A stretch of 64,000 nt of DNA from Squalus acanthias (GCA_030390025.1 CM059433.1:8496001-8560000); one strand, 5' to 3'; positions 1 to 12,255 are shown, numbered from the stretch's first letter. The notes: a model not told the origin generated them from the sequence alone. Made by a program: numbers and translations.

Positions 1-939
1 CTGATGGTCAGAAACTCAAGAGAGGGGCCACTTCTCCGTCTCTGGGATGGTCAGGGATGCAGGGGCCGGGAACTTGACCAGGGGGAGACTGTTGGTTCCC
101 AAACACAACGGTTTAGGGAGGCGATGCTGAAGAGACGAGGGGGAGTTTGAATCCCATCTTCCAGTGCCACCTTCCCCTCAATGCTATTAAAACCCGACTC
201 CCTCCCTTAATACTTCCAGAACCTGCAATACCGCATGCACACTAAAGATGGCTTTCCGCCTGAGCCCCACACTCGGAAAGCCATATTGCAGCATAAGAAA
301 GGGTGGGAGTGTGGTGCGAGTGTAAGTCAGATGCAAACCCACAAAAAAGGAAGTGCAGATAAGGAACTCAAAAAGTAGGTCTTATCTGTGCAAGTCTTTC
401 CACTAATGCTGACATTCTATTTAAAAAAAGGAAAGTACTTTTTTTCCGAATTTCATAAAAGAACTCCAATCCCCATTGAGACACGAGTTTAGAAACACAC
501 ATATATATATAGTTTCTATTTTAAAAAAAAGCAGAACACTCTGTGTGTTCGCGGCTGAAAAGTGACAAGGCTGAAGGAAGAGCCACTTGACAACTTGGGC
601 ACTCCCTGCAACTATTCCTCCTAAAAATACACAGCAGAATAACCATCAAAATGGGGACAATTTGCAAACCGACTTCATGCCGTTGTCATTTGGATTTATG
701 ATCATACGGCACACAAGGAGAACAAAGTCCCTTTCTCGTCATCGGTTAATGTTAGCTTTACTTTCAATTTAGCGCTAGTGTTGGGGAAACAGAGCAACTG
801 GAACTCCTAACACTCCCGTGTAAAGGTGTTTTTTTATGCCATGTTTCGGGGCCAGGGTCATCATGTTAAAACGTCTCACAAAGGAGTTTACAACTGGAAG
901 GCAGTGCAAAGACCAGTTAATAAAATAAGACAAATATGG

Positions 940-1125
940 AAAAGATACACAGAAAGACTCAGCAGGTCGGGCAGCATCTGCAGTGAGTGAAACAGGGTCA
1001 ATGTTTCAGGTCGATGACCTTTCATCAAAACTGGAAGTTGTTAGAGATGAGCAGCTTTTTAAGCAAATACAGAGACAGGGAAAAGGCGGGAGGGTGGGAA
1101 AAGAGCAAAATGGAGAGGTCTAAGA
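940..1125 (-). mobile_element. Degenerate Penelope-like pLTR fragment (family A) with decayed hammerhead motif
   Basis: Same sequence family as 6241-6517 and 61154-61515. Minus strand reads TTGATGA-A-AGGTC-ATC-GACCT-GAAA, i.e. first core C lost. Confidence 0.7.
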
Positions 1126-1608
1126 TAGGATGGAGGCGAGGGGGTTGTCTTGTGAAGAAAGGTTGAGCAGGTTGGGCCTATACTCATTGGAGTTTAGAAG
1201 AATGAGAGGTGATCTTATTGAAACATATCTGAAGGGGCTGGACAGGGTAGATGCAGGGAGGATGTTTCCCCTCGTGGGGGAATCCAGAACTAGGCGGCAT
1301 AGTTTCAGAATAAGGGGTCGCCCATTTAAGACGGAGATGAGGAGGAATTTCTTCTCTCAGAGGGTGGTGAATCTTTGGAATTCTCTACCCCAGAGAGCTG
1401 TGGAGGCTGGGTCATTGAATATATTTAAGGTGGAGATAGACAGATTTTTGAACTATAGGGGAGTGAAGGATTATGGGGAGCGGGCAGGGAAGTGGTGTTG
1501 AGGCCAAGATCAGATCAGCCATGATCTTATTAAATGGCGGAGCAGGCTCGAGGGGCCCAAATGACCTACTCCTGCTCCTATTTCTTATGTTTTTATGTTT
1601 TTATGTTC
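1126..1608 (+). mobile_element. CR1-clade LINE 3' fragment
   Basis: ORF 1130-1501 ERLSRLGLYSLEFRRMRGDLIE...FFSQRVVNLWNSLP (CR1 ORF2 C-terminus), then 3'UTR stem-loop and (TTCTTATG)-like tail. Confidence 0.92.
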
Positions 1609-2210
1609 TGGAGGGCAGGAACAATTAAATGTCAAGACAAGTATATGGAAAAAATACTTGATTGAAAGTACAGATACACGATTGCAGCAACTTGCAGCAG
1701 TAACAATCAGGTCACTTTTGTTTTGAAGAGACCATGCATAAGGGGCCAAAGCGAGGGCACCACCAAGGAACGAAGACAAGATAACTCGAGCTGCAGCGGT
1801 TAGCTGACACTAAGTTTTGAGTTTTAAAAGCCCACGGGGAAAACCAAGGAGGTGCTTTGAATGAAATTTTCTTGGCGGGGTGTGCTGGGCACATCTAGGA
1901 ATTGACTGTATCTGAGAGCATCCCACTGAAGTGATAGCATCCCTTTAATAATGCTCTTTTATAAATATGAGCTGTAACGTGTTGTTACGGTGAGCTCCAA
2001 TCCTATGGATATAGTGGACGGCTTATTTCAAAAACAGAGTTTTCAGTTTCGGTCAGTCAAAAAAAAGAAATAGCCTGTGATATAAGTACTAGGAATGAAG
2101 GCCAGCTTTCATATTTAGATAGCTGTCCTTTTACGTTTGAAATGAAGCAAATGTGTGTGTTTTTTTTTTATATTGCTGTCGTTAATAGGCTGAGATCTCC
2201 TGGTACTAAC

Positions 2211-2298
2211 GTCTGATGTTTACATGCCTGCACCAGATACTGTTATGGTTGTGGCTGATGATGAACAATCTGGATCCTCTGGAGATTGTTTTCCACAT
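2211..2298 (-). CDS. Candidate first coding exon segment of an unidentified host gene (MWKTISRGSRLFIISHNHNSIWCRHVNIR)
   Basis: Minus strand: acceptor ...ctcgttctggcAG before 2315, gagccATG at 2298, 29 codons plus 1 nt, then donor GTTAGT at 2210-2205, in non-repeat DNA. No homology recognised. Confidence 0.25.
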
Positions 2299-5292
2299 GG
2301 CTCCACGCAAAAGTCCTGCCAGAACGAGACATTGTGCAGGAGTTCAAGAGTATTTTTTTTTGTGTCACAACAGTGTGTTCGTTTAATAGTGTTACAGTGC
2401 TAATCTTCAAATACAGAACCATTTTCTACATGCAGTTATATGAGTTGGCACCAACAGGATGCGCCCTGTATAATGTCACTGTTAATGCAACACGCTGATA
2501 ATACTATGAAAGCTATCCAACAAAAGCCAACTACCTCCAATGAAGAGGAACAAAATTAGTTTTACCCAAATCTATATTTCATCAACAACAACTAGCATTT
2601 CTACAGCTGCTTTAATATAGTAAAACATCCCAAGTAATCAGTTCTATTGGATTGGCAAGGTTTCAAGAATTACTGCCCTGTATTTACATCCGAAGGGCAC
2701 AGGTGATCACAAAATCTTCAACTGATCCCAACTGGGTAAATTCTGCTAGGTTTTAATAGTTCAGAAATTGCAGAAGTTCAAACTGGAGCTACAGATATGG
2801 TGCAATGTATGTCGCGGAATTCTGGCAGAGTTCCACCAGGGGGCTGCTTTGTTTCCGCACCTTTCTAACCCGGGCCTGGAAACTCCTCGGGTTTCCGCCA
2901 CACTTCCGGGGAAGCAACGCCGGCAGAGCAGGGGCAGCTCTGATGAATTTCTCAGCCCTGGACAATAAATTCCAATCAGGGTGGGAGTTTGCATCTTCTG
3001 CCCGCCCGCCCCCCCTCCCCCACTTGCTTTCCGGTAGCAGTTTGACTCCACCTCTCGGGGGTGGCAGGGTATCATTCCAAGATTTCGTAGATTCGTGGAT
3101 CAGGCGTCCCCGTTGTGCCACTATAGGCGCGGGTGCCCATGACTATAAGAACATAAGAACATACGAAATAGGAGCAGGAGTGGGCCATACAGCCCCTCGA
3201 GCCTGCTCCGCCATTCAATAAGATCATGGCTGATCATCGACCTCAACTCCACTTTCCCAGCCCGATCTCCATATCCCTTGATTCCCCTAGAGTCCAAAAT
3301 TCTATCCATCTCAGCCTTGAATATACTCAAAGACTCAGCCTCCACAGCCCTCTGGGGCAGAGAATTCCAAAGATTCACAACCCTCTGAGTGAAGAAATTC
3401 CTCCTCATCTCAGTCTTAAATGGCCAACCCCTTATCCTGAGACTATGCCCCCTAGTTCTAGATACTCCAGCCAGGGGAAACAACCTCTCAGCATCTACCC
3501 TGTCAATCCCCTTCAGAATCTTGTATGTTTCAATGAGATCACCTAAACTAGATTCTTCTAAACTCCAGAGAGTACAGGCCCATTCTACACAATCTCTCAT
3601 CATAGGACAGCCCTCTCATCCCAGGAATCAATCTAGTGAACCTTCGTTGTACCGCCTCCAAGGCAAGTATATCCTTCCTTAAATAAGGAGACCAAAACTG
3701 TGCACAGTACTCCAGGTGTGGTCTCACCAAGGCCCTGTACAATTGTAGCAAGACTTCCTCACTCTTGTACTCCAATCCCCTTGCAATAAAGGCCAACATG
3801 CCATTTGCCTTCCTTATTGCTTGCTGTACCTGCATGCTAGCTTTCTTGTGTTTCTTGCACGAGGACACCCAAATCTCTCTGAACACCAACATTTAAAAGT
3901 TTCTCACCATTTAAAAAATATTCTGTTTTTCTATTCTTCCTGCCAAAGTGAATAACCTCACATTTCCTGACATTATACTCCATCTGCCACCTTACTGCCC
4001 ACTCACTTAGTCTATCTATATCCCTTTGCAGACTCTTTGTGTTCTCCTCACAGCTTACTGTCTCACCTAGCTTTGTATCGTCAGCAAACTTGGATACATT
4101 ACACTCGGTCCCTTCATCTAGATCATTAATATAGATTGTAAATAGCTGAGGCCCCAGCAGTGATCCTTGCAGCACCCCACTAGTTACAGACTGCCAACCT
4201 GAAAAAGACCTGTTTATCCCTACTCTCTGTTTTCTGTCCATTAACCAATCCTCTATCCATGCTAATATATTACCCCCAACCCCATGAGCCCTAATCTTGC
4301 GTAATAACCTTTTATGTGGCACCTTATCAAATGCCTTTTGGAAATCCAAATATACAGTACTACATCCACTGGTTCCCCTTTATCTACCCTGCTAGTTACA
4401 TCCTCAAAAAACTCGAATAAATTTGTCAAACACGATTTCCCTTTCATAAAACCATGTTGTCTCTGCCTAATCATGTTATGATTTTCTAAGTGCCTTGATA
4501 CCACTTCCATAATAATGGATTTCAGCATTTTCCTGACGACTGATGTCAAGCTAACTGGCCTGAAGTTCCCTGTTTTCTCTCTCCCTCCTTTCCTAAATAG
4601 CAGGGTTACATTTGCTATCTTCCAATCTGCTGGGACCATTCTAGAATCTAGGGAATTTTGAAAGATCAAAACCAATGCATCCACTATTTCTTCAGCCACC
4701 TCTTTTAGAAACCTAGGATGCAGGCCGTCAGGTCCAGGGGATTTGTCGGTTTTTAGTCCCATTAGTTTCTCTGGTACTTTTTCTCTACTTATATTAATTA
4801 CGTTAAGTTCCTCACTCGCATTAGAGCCTTGGTTCCCCACCATTTTTGGTATGCTTTTTGTGTCTTCTACTGTGAAGACAGATACAAAATATTTGTTTAA
4901 CGTTACTGCTATTTCCTTATTCCCCATAATAATTTCTCCTGTCTCAGCCTCTAAGGGACCAGCATTTACTTTTGCTACTCTCTTCCTTTTTACATACTCG
5001 TAGAAGCTCTTACAATCTGTTTTTATATTTCTTGCTAGTTTTCTCTCATATTCTATTTTTTCCCTTTTTATCAATTTTTCGTCACCCTTTGCTGGTTTCT
5101 GAAACTCTCCCAATCCTCAGGTTTACTACTATTCTTCGCAACATTAGACGCTTCTTCTTTCAGTCTACTGCTATCCTTAACTTCTTTAGTTAGCCACGGT
5201 TGGTTCACTTTTCCCATGGAGTTTTTGTTTGTCAATGGAATGTATTTTTGTTGAGAATTATGAAATATTTCTTTAAATGCTTTAAACGCCAT

Positions 5293-6185
5293 GGGGTAAA
5301 AATTCAGTTGGTTGCGCCTCCCGTTAGCGCCTTAAGAGGGTGCTAATGGGGCCCAAAGCCGTTAACGCCCGGGCGCAGCGATGTTTGCGCCGCTCGGGAA
5401 CTTAACTAGAGATTGTGCGGCGGCGCTAAACTTTACCGCTGCGACCACCTGCGCGCGCAGATTGTGACGTCATTCCATGGTGCAACGCCCTTGTGGCGCC
5501 CCGGAGCGGAAATTGAGTGGCGCCCCCTGCCTTACCGCCTGGCGCATCCAACGACCGGAAGACTGGAACGCTATCAATCGCTGTGGGGCTGGGGGAGGCG
5601 CTATTTAAAGGGGGCCTCTTCCTGTCTTTTATTGTTGGTGGCATTTTTGAACTACGCATTCTGAGAGAGAGAGGGAGAGACTTCTGGAGAGATTCAACGT
5701 TGTGTGAAGGAGTTTTGGGTACTGAGCAGCACTTTGCAGGTTCATTTTGATTTGCCATTCCTTGTATCGATTTAGCAGAGACTGTGGGAGCTGCACTCTG
5801 AGCTCTTTGCCTGGTACTCTCCATTGTTCTTTCCAGCACATTTGATGTGCAAGTCTCTCCAGGCCGAGATTCAAGGCTGCAATGAACAGGATGTGGATGG
5901 AAAGCAAGATTAACCATCCCTTTTAAGAACTGGCCCGTGCCATTGTGTGTGTGTTCCATTGCTGACTGACATTACATGAGCTTCGCCAGCGCTCTGAGTT
6001 AGCGCCTCACTCCTTGGCCTTTGCGCCTTAAGACAGGTGTGCAGCGCCTGATTTAGCGCTCCACTCACCTCCCGGGGCGGTAAAAGTGAAGTTTCCAGTC
6101 AGTGCCGATAATTAGCGCCAGGCGCTAATATTTGCGTCCAGACGATATTTGCGCCCCAAATGGGGCGCGACCTAATTTTTCCCCC
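5293..6185. mobile_element. Non-autonomous TIR element (MITE), probably Harbinger-type
   Basis: Ends GGGGTAAAAATT / AATTTTTCCCCC; 3-bp TSD CAT at 5290-5292 and 6186-6188; CR1 sequence resumes on both sides. Confidence 0.8.
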
Positions 6186-6240
6186 CATACCTTTTAATCT
6201 ATTTTTCCCAATCTACCTTAGCCAACTCGCCCCTCATACC

Positions 6241-6517
6241 AAAAGGAAAATACTGCAGATGCTGGAAATCTGAAATAAAAACAGAAAATGCTGGAGATAC
6301 TCAGCAGGTCAGGCAGAATCTGTGGAGAGAGAGAGAAACAGAGTTAACGTTTCAGGTCGATGACCTTTCGTCAGAACTGGAAAAAAGCAGGAAATGGAAC
6401 AGATTTTTAAGCAAGTGTAGGGGCTGGGAAATGGGGGAGGGGATGAAAGAACAAAAGGGAAGGTCTGTGATAGGACAGAAGGCAGGAGAGGTTAGGAGAC
6501 ATTAAGAGACATTAAGA
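6241..6517 (-). mobile_element. Penelope-like pLTR insertion (family A)
   Basis: 10-bp TSD CCCTCATACC at 6231-6240 and 6518-6527; contains a hammerhead motif. Confidence 0.85.
6342..6378 (-). ncRNA. Minimal type I hammerhead ribozyme motif, intact core
   Basis: Minus strand AGTT-CTGACGA-A-AGGTC-ATC-GACCT-GAAA-CGTT-AACT: stem I AGTT/AACT, 5-bp stem II, palindromic ACGT stem III. Confidence 0.85.
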
Positions 6518-6772
6518 CCCTCATACCTATGTAATTGGCTTTATTATTTAAATAACCCCATCCCCGTGATATGGCATAGGGTCATGGCAAGTTCAAAGTG
6601 GCGGGTGGAATTGTTATACTGCTCACTCGAATCCCATTTCCCTGCCCTTTCCTCCTGTCCTTTTATATTCTTCCTTTTCAAATACTTAACCAATTTCAAG
6701 TGATATTGACCTGAGAAGATTGTGACGCTCTGGGAGCGAGGTAGGGTCCGGAAGTGAGTTCACCGCGTCTGT

Positions 6773-7007
6773 CACCGCCTCAGAACCGGTCATGGTCGAT
6801 GCTGCCACCTTCTCCACAGATGGAGGATTAAAGCATCCCCATCATGCGACTGTGGAGCTCCTGCTCAGACCCTGGAGCACATCATTGAGCACTGCCCTCA
6901 GAGGAAATTTGCACGCTGTTACACCGGAAGCTTTGGCCTGGATATCCGACTTAGATATTGGCATCTGATTTGCTTTGCTACCACCACAGGAAGGAAGAAG
7001 AAGAAGT
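6773..7007 (+). mobile_element. Non-LTR retrotransposon 3' fragment, Ingi/Vingi-like
   Basis: Hand translation from 6773: HRLRTGHGRCCHLLHRWRIKASPSCDCGAPAQTLEHIIEHCP (CCHC knuckle), stop near 6968, (GAA)n tail. Clade assigned from memory of the motif. Confidence 0.65.
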
Positions 7008-7186
7008 GGCTTGTTAACTCAGCCACCTCATTATCATTTTACTTCCGGTTTTCCCGTCCAATCAGTGGCAGGGGGCGTGACGTGGACCCACATGATGCGA
7101 TCTCAACTCCAGTATTTAAAGGGACATTCCAAAGATGCAAGTTGATCGAGTTTGGAGTTGAAAAGAAGAGAGAAGCAAGTGTCAGG

Positions 7187-7370
7187 ATGGAGTCCAGACG
7201 GGCAAAGGCTGCGCCCCGTTTCACTGACGCCTCCCTGGATGTGCTGCTGGGGGCTATGAGGAGTAGGAGAGAGATACTCTTCCCTAGTAAACGGGAGGAT
7301 GAAGCCTGCAGCTGAGACCAAAAGGCACGGTTGGAGGTTGCGGAGGAGGTCAGCAGTAGGAGCGCGGGAC
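7187..7370 (+). pseudogene. Myb/SANT-like DNA-binding gene fragment of a Harbinger transposon
   Basis: MESRRAKAAPRFTDASLDVLLGAMRSRREILFP, frameshift, then LEVAEEVSSRS; resembles the Myb/SANT-like N-terminus; lies next to a Harbinger transposase. Confidence 0.7.
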
Positions 7371-7690
7371 CAACAATGGAACGGTTGGAGGTTTGGGAGG
7401 AGGTCAGCAGTAGGAGCGCGGGACCAACAATGGCACGGTTGGAGGTTGCGGAGGAAGGCAGGAGCAGGAGCACGGGGCCACCAATGGCACGGTTGGAGGT
7501 TGGGGAGGAGGGCAGGAGCGCAGGGCCACCATTGGCATGGTTGGAGGTTGAGGAGGAGTGCAGCAGCAGGAGCGCGGGGCCACCAATGGAACGGTTGGAG
7601 GTTGGGGAGGAGGGCAGGAGCGCGGGGCCACCAATGGAACGGTTGGAGGTTGCGGAGGAGGTCAGCAGCAGGAGCGTGGGGCCACCAATG
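7329..7690 (+). repeat. Minisatellite, 7 units of 54/48 bp
   Basis: GGTTGGAGGTT starts at 7329, 7383, 7437, 7491, 7539, 7593 and 7641. Confidence 0.95.
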
Positions 7691-7699
7691 CTCCCCCTC

Positions 7700-8088
7700 A
7701 ATTTTTTTTAATGTGCTCTGTGGCCCGTTCAAAATTCTGCGCATGCGTGAAATCTCCAATTCAAAAGCCGTTAAGCGGCCTGCGCGGGATCTCCAGGCGG
7801 CTGCGCAGCTTAGCGGGAACGTTGGGTACCGCGCTCCTGGATTCAGTGCAGGAAGCACTTTAATGACTCCCATAAGTATGAATGGGGATTCCCTTCTTTT
7901 ATTGGTTGGGCCGGCCCACGTGATACCAGGGGCGCTTGTGAACCGCCTGCGCCCCTGGGATACGTGGGCCTCTGCCTGCGCGAACCCCAAGAGGCCCAGG
8001 ATCATGAGTCTCCATATCTCCTGGGCCACCAGGTAAATGCAGAGATTTTTTTCTGATCCGGGAAGCCTCTGACTGCAAATTTTGGGCC
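7700..8088. mobile_element. MITE fragment related to 58186-58957
   Basis: About 7885-7980 is a reverse-complement match to about 58315-58410; ends ...GCAAATTTTGGGCC. Confidence 0.65.
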
Positions 8089-8399
8089 ATTATTCTCTAT
8101 CACCACTTTCCTGTCTTGTCCATTCTTGGGCGCTGGGTGCTAAGTGGCCTTCTAACTTGTTTGATGATGAATGTGAAGACATGAACTGATGGGGACCAAT
8201 GGCGGGGATGTTCAAGGGGTGGTTGGTTGGTTGCAGGACTGCTTTGTGTCAGTGGCGTTGCGGGGGGGGGGGGGGGGCGGGAGGGGGGAAGAGTGGTCGA
8301 TGCATTTTCTGGTGACATGGGTCCACTGGTGCAACCTAAGTGAACCTTGCATTAATATGGGCATCCCTGGCAACAATGTGAGCATCTGGGGTGCATTGC

Positions 8400-9480
8400 C
8401 CTCATCACCCTCCTCGCCCTCCGAATCGTCCTGTAGGTCCAAGCCTCGCTGTTGCGCATTGTCATGCAGAGTGCAGCACACCACGACCATTCTGGAGACA
8501 CTGGCTGGTGCGTACTGACAGGGCGCCTCCAGATCTGTCGAGGGAACCGAAGCTCACCTTCAGCCTGCTGATGGCCTGTTCAATCACACAAACTGGTGGT
8601 CATATGGCATTCATTGTAGTGCTGTTGGGCTTCAGTGTTGTGGCTCCTGATGGATGTCATCAGCCAAGTTTGCAGTGGGTGTCCCTTGTCGCTTAGCAGC
8701 CACCCTTAAGTCTGCTTCCAGGTCTGAAGAGTTCAGGGATCTTGGACTGTCGGAGGACAAAAGCACCATGGCAGCTGCCCAGGAATCTTGTGCACACACT
8801 GCATAAACATCTTTTTGTGGTTGTACACCAGCTGCACATTGATGGAGTGGAAGTCCTTGCAGTTGACAAACACTCCTGGTTGTTCTAGGGGTGCCCAGAC
8901 TGCCACGTGTGTGCAGGCGATGGCGCCCTGCACCTGTGGGAAGCCAGCCAGAGCTGCAAAGCCGAGCACCCGCTCATTCTGACTGGCAGCATCGCAGGCA
9001 AAGTTGACATCATTGCCGGACCTGGTAAACAACCCATCAGTCACCTGTCTTGTGCATTTGTGGGCGGTCGACTGGGAGATCCTGGATATGTCTGTGACAG
9101 AGCCCTGGACGGATTTGAAGGCAAAACAATTGAGGGCGGTGGTGGCTTTGACAGCCACTGGTAACGCGTGGTCACCAGGTCCAGCGGGCACCAGGTCTTC
9201 TTCTAGGAGGCTGCAGATGTCTGCCACCACCTGACGTGACAACCTGAGCTTCCTGAGACACTGGTCTTCAGACATGTCAAGGAAACTCAGCTCTGCCTGT
9301 AAACCCTGTGGCGTGGGTAGTGCCTCCTGTGAGCTGCACCTCTCTGCTGCTCCCCTCTCTTCTGTGTAGCTACAGATCTGTGACCAGCAGGCAGCTGTTG
9401 CTGTTGCTGTTGCTGGTGCTGTTGCCGCTCATCTTGGTCCTCATCTGAGGTCCAATCTAAGGCAGCATTATCAGCAGCCT
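8400..9480 (-). pseudogene. PIF/Harbinger (HARBI1-like) DDE transposase pseudogene
   Basis: FLDMSEDQCLRKLRLSR, GFPQVQGAIACTHV (canonical GAIDCTH, Asp lost), FHSINVQLV, hand-translated WLLSDKGHPLQTWLMT, VVCCTLHDN; several frameshifts. Confidence 0.9.
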
Positions 9481-9706
9481 TCCTGATTTGATAGAACAAA
9501 CCTCCAAAGTATAGACAGTAACCTCTCAGCAGAAGTACCGTGAACAAACCCTTTCCCACTACCAGGTAAAAAAGCAGCTGTGGGTACTGAATATGCAGCA
9601 CTGTATTTCCCCGAGACTGATTCAGCCCCCTCGATTGCCGCTGCGTACTCGCCTTGCTTTCACTGGCAAGTCTCAGGAAGCCCGGGAAACCTGTGGACCC
9701 GACATT

Positions 9707-10180
9707 AAAGAAAGAAAGATTTGCATTTATATAGCGCCTTTCACGACCACCAGACGTCGCAAAGCACTTTACAACCAATGAAATACTTTTGAAGTGTAGT
9801 CACTGTTGTAATGTAGGAAACGAGGCAGCCAATTTGCGCACAGCAAGCTCCCACAAACAGCAACGTGATAATGACCAGATAATCTGTTTTTGTTATGTTG
9901 GTTGACGGATAAATATTGACCAGGACACCGGGGATAATACCCCTGTTCTTCTTCGAAATAGTAGCCATGGGATCTTTTACGTCCACCTGAGAGAGCAGAC
10001 GGGGCCTCAGTTTAACGTCTCATCTGAAAGACGGCACCTCTGACAGTGCAGCACCCCCTCAGCACTGCACTGGGAGTGTCAGCCTAGCTTTCTGTGCTCA
10101 AGTCCCTGGAGTGGGGACTGTGAACCCACAACCTCCTGACCAGAGGCGAGCGCGCTACCCACCGAGCCACAGCTGACACT
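9707..10180 (-). mobile_element. Full-length tRNA-derived SINE (SacSINE1/Deu-domain-like) with L2-type tail
   Basis: Head GTGTCAGCTGTGGCTCGGTGG with B-box-like GGTTCA; tail ...GGCGCTATATAAATGCAA plus (TTTC)n; flanking direct repeat ACATTAAA at 9702-9709 and 10183-10190. Confidence 0.85.
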
Positions 10181-10434
10181 CAACATTAAACACAAACGCG
10201 TGTGTCGATATCGCTCTAATTGCACGATCAACATATGTTAATTGACAACCCGCTTCTCCCGAGGGGGTTGCGCGCACGCTGCCTAACGCGCTCGAGTGAA
10301 ACCCGGAAGTCGGTGGGTTGAAGCCGGCTCCCCGACGCGCTGTCAATTTCGCCGGTTTTAACCGGCGCCCAAACCGGCGCAGTCCTGCAGATCAAAGTTC
10401 AGCCCACAGTCTCCGCCTCAACAGCGACTTGTGG

Positions 10435-11390
10435 TAAAGCGTTCCATGTTCTAAGAACCCTCTGTATGAAAAGATTCCTTCCAATTTCCCTTTCCCTGCT
10501 TCTAATTTGATCCTGAATTTAAACCCTCTTTGTGACTGATTGGTGAGGTGGAAACAATCTTTCACTGTTCACCCCCTCAAACCCTTACAGAATTTTAAAA
10601 CTCTTTATTAGGTTCTTCCTATAACCTTTCTTTTGCCCAATTTTTTTGAGCCTTTCATCATATTTGTAGCCTCTCATTCCTGGTATCGATTTAGTGAATC
10701 TCCACTCTGCCCCTTCCTTAGATCTAAATCTCCTCCTGTAACGTGGTGCCCAGAGCAGCATGCAATTCTCCAACTGTAACCGAAAAATTCAACCTCATTT
10801 CCTTGCTTTTGTATTCAATGCCTCTACACATAAACCCCCCCCGAATTCCATTTGCTTTTTTAATAGTCTTTTCTCCCTGTATTTCTACCTTTAAGAGTCT
10901 TACGGGGTGAATTTTGATGGGAGTTCTCCCACTCCTCCATTGTAACTTCGGCGGAAGAGCTGTGGAAACGCCGGAAGAATGGCGTTTCTGCCACAGTTAC
11001 AGCGGATGAGGTTGTTCAACTCCTACGAAAATTCAACTCCTTCCTATTAGGGGTTTACTTCCTTTCAGTGTCTCCCCCCCAGCTCCCCCATCCGCAACTT
11101 GTACTTCATATGAACTGCATCTGCTACCGACCTGCCCATTCTGCTAACCTTTTCTGCTGTTCTACACTTACCCCCCACAGTTTGCCCTGCCCACTAATTT
11201 GATCTCATCAGCAAGCTTCAATATCATTCCAAGTTCATTTATGTAAATGGATAAACAAAAGAGGTCCCAGCATACAAGCCTAGGGGTATATCACTATCCA
11301 CATCCTGCCAATCCCCCAAAATATCCATTCACCCGTATCTCTCTATCTATTCGGCTACATTCCCCTTAATATCATGTACGTTAATTTTCA
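10435..11390 (-). mobile_element. Old degenerate CR1 fragments with a small MITE-like insert (about 10904-11040)
   Basis: ORF 10585-10773 LWAPRY...RFTKSIPGMRGYKYDERL; insert ends GGGGTGAATTTT / AAAATTCAACTCC. Confidence 0.6.
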
Positions 11391-11394
11391 TATG

Positions 11395-11672
11395 ATACGG
11401 AGGGAGTGCTGCATTGTTGGACATCAACTCTTTTGGATGAGACATTAAGCCAAGGCCCTGCCTGTCTGTTCCAGTGGATGTAAAAGATCCCATTGCATTT
11501 TTTGAGGAAGAGCAGAGAGTTCTCCCAGTGTCCTGGCCAACATTCTTCATTTGATCAACTCCACCAAAAGCAGATTGACTGGCTATTCAACTAATTTGCT
11601 GTTTGTGGGACTTTGCAGTGTGCGAATTGGAAGCAGTGTTTACCTGCATAACAACAGGGACTGCACTTCACA
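11395..11672 (+). mobile_element. Degenerate Deu-type SINE fragment
   Basis: GGATGTAAAAGATCCCA...GAAGAGCAG...TTGCTGTTTGTGGGA core, tail-to-tail with the next SINE. Confidence 0.7.
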
Positions 11673-12112
11673 AAAAGAATGCAAGACTTGCATTTCTATA
11701 GCGCCTGTTCACGTCCACCTTTACAGCCAATGAAGCACTTTTTGGAGTGGAGTCACTGTTGTAATGTGGGAAACGCAGCAGCCAAATTGCGCACAGCAAG
11801 CTCCCACAAACAGCAATGTGATAATGATCAAATAATCTATTTTTTTGTTATGTTGATTGAGGGATAAATATTGGCCCAGGACACTGGGGAGAACTCCCCT
11901 GCTCTTCTTCGAAAAATGACACAGGATCTTTTACATCCACCGGAGAGAGCAGACAGGGCCTCGGTTTAACGTCTCATCTGAAAGACGGCACCTCCGACAG
12001 TGCAGCACTCCATCAGCACTGCACTGGAGTGTCAGCCTAGCTTTATGTGCTCAAGTCCCTGGAGTGGGGACTGTGAACCCACAACCTTCTGACTCAGAGG
12101 CGAGTGTGCTAC
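11673..12112 (-). mobile_element. SacSINE1/Deu-like SINE
   Basis: High identity to 9707-10180. Confidence 0.85.
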
Positions 12113-12123
12113 CAAAAACAACT

Positions 12124-12255
12124 TTTGACGAAGGGTCTTCGACCTGAAACGTTAACTCTGTTTCTCTCTCCACGGATGTTGCCTGGCCTGCTGAGTTTTT
12201 CCAGCGCTTTCTGTTGTTATTTCAGTTTTCCAGCATCCGCAATATTTTGCTATTG
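12124..12255 (+). mobile_element. Short Penelope-like pLTR insertion (family A), hammerhead core degenerate
   Basis: Direct repeats TACCAAAAACAACT (12110-12123) and TACCAAAAGCAACT (12256-12269); TTGACGA-A-GGGTC-TTC-GACCT-GAAA-CGTT. Confidence 0.8.

Larger units (their letters stand above)
3146..6550 (-). mobile_element. 5'-truncated CR1 LINE with frameshifted ORF2/RT, interrupted by a MITE and a Penelope fragment
   Basis: ORF pieces 4262-5113 (KSPGPDGLHP, QHGFMKGKSCLTNL), 3837-4349 (DFQKAFDKVPH, FADDTKL), 3548-3892 and 3121-3603; tail at about 3146-3170. Confidence 0.95.

Noticed and set aside
2204..2403. Plus-strand exon after a TACTAAC branch point (AG at 2235-2236)
   Set aside because: Weak pyrimidine tract, no good donor and no recognisable peptide. 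The minus-strand reading fits better, though both are unproven.
8400..9480. Domesticated HARBI1 host gene
   Set aside because: Multiple frameshifts and a mutated catalytic motif indicate a decayed transposon copy.
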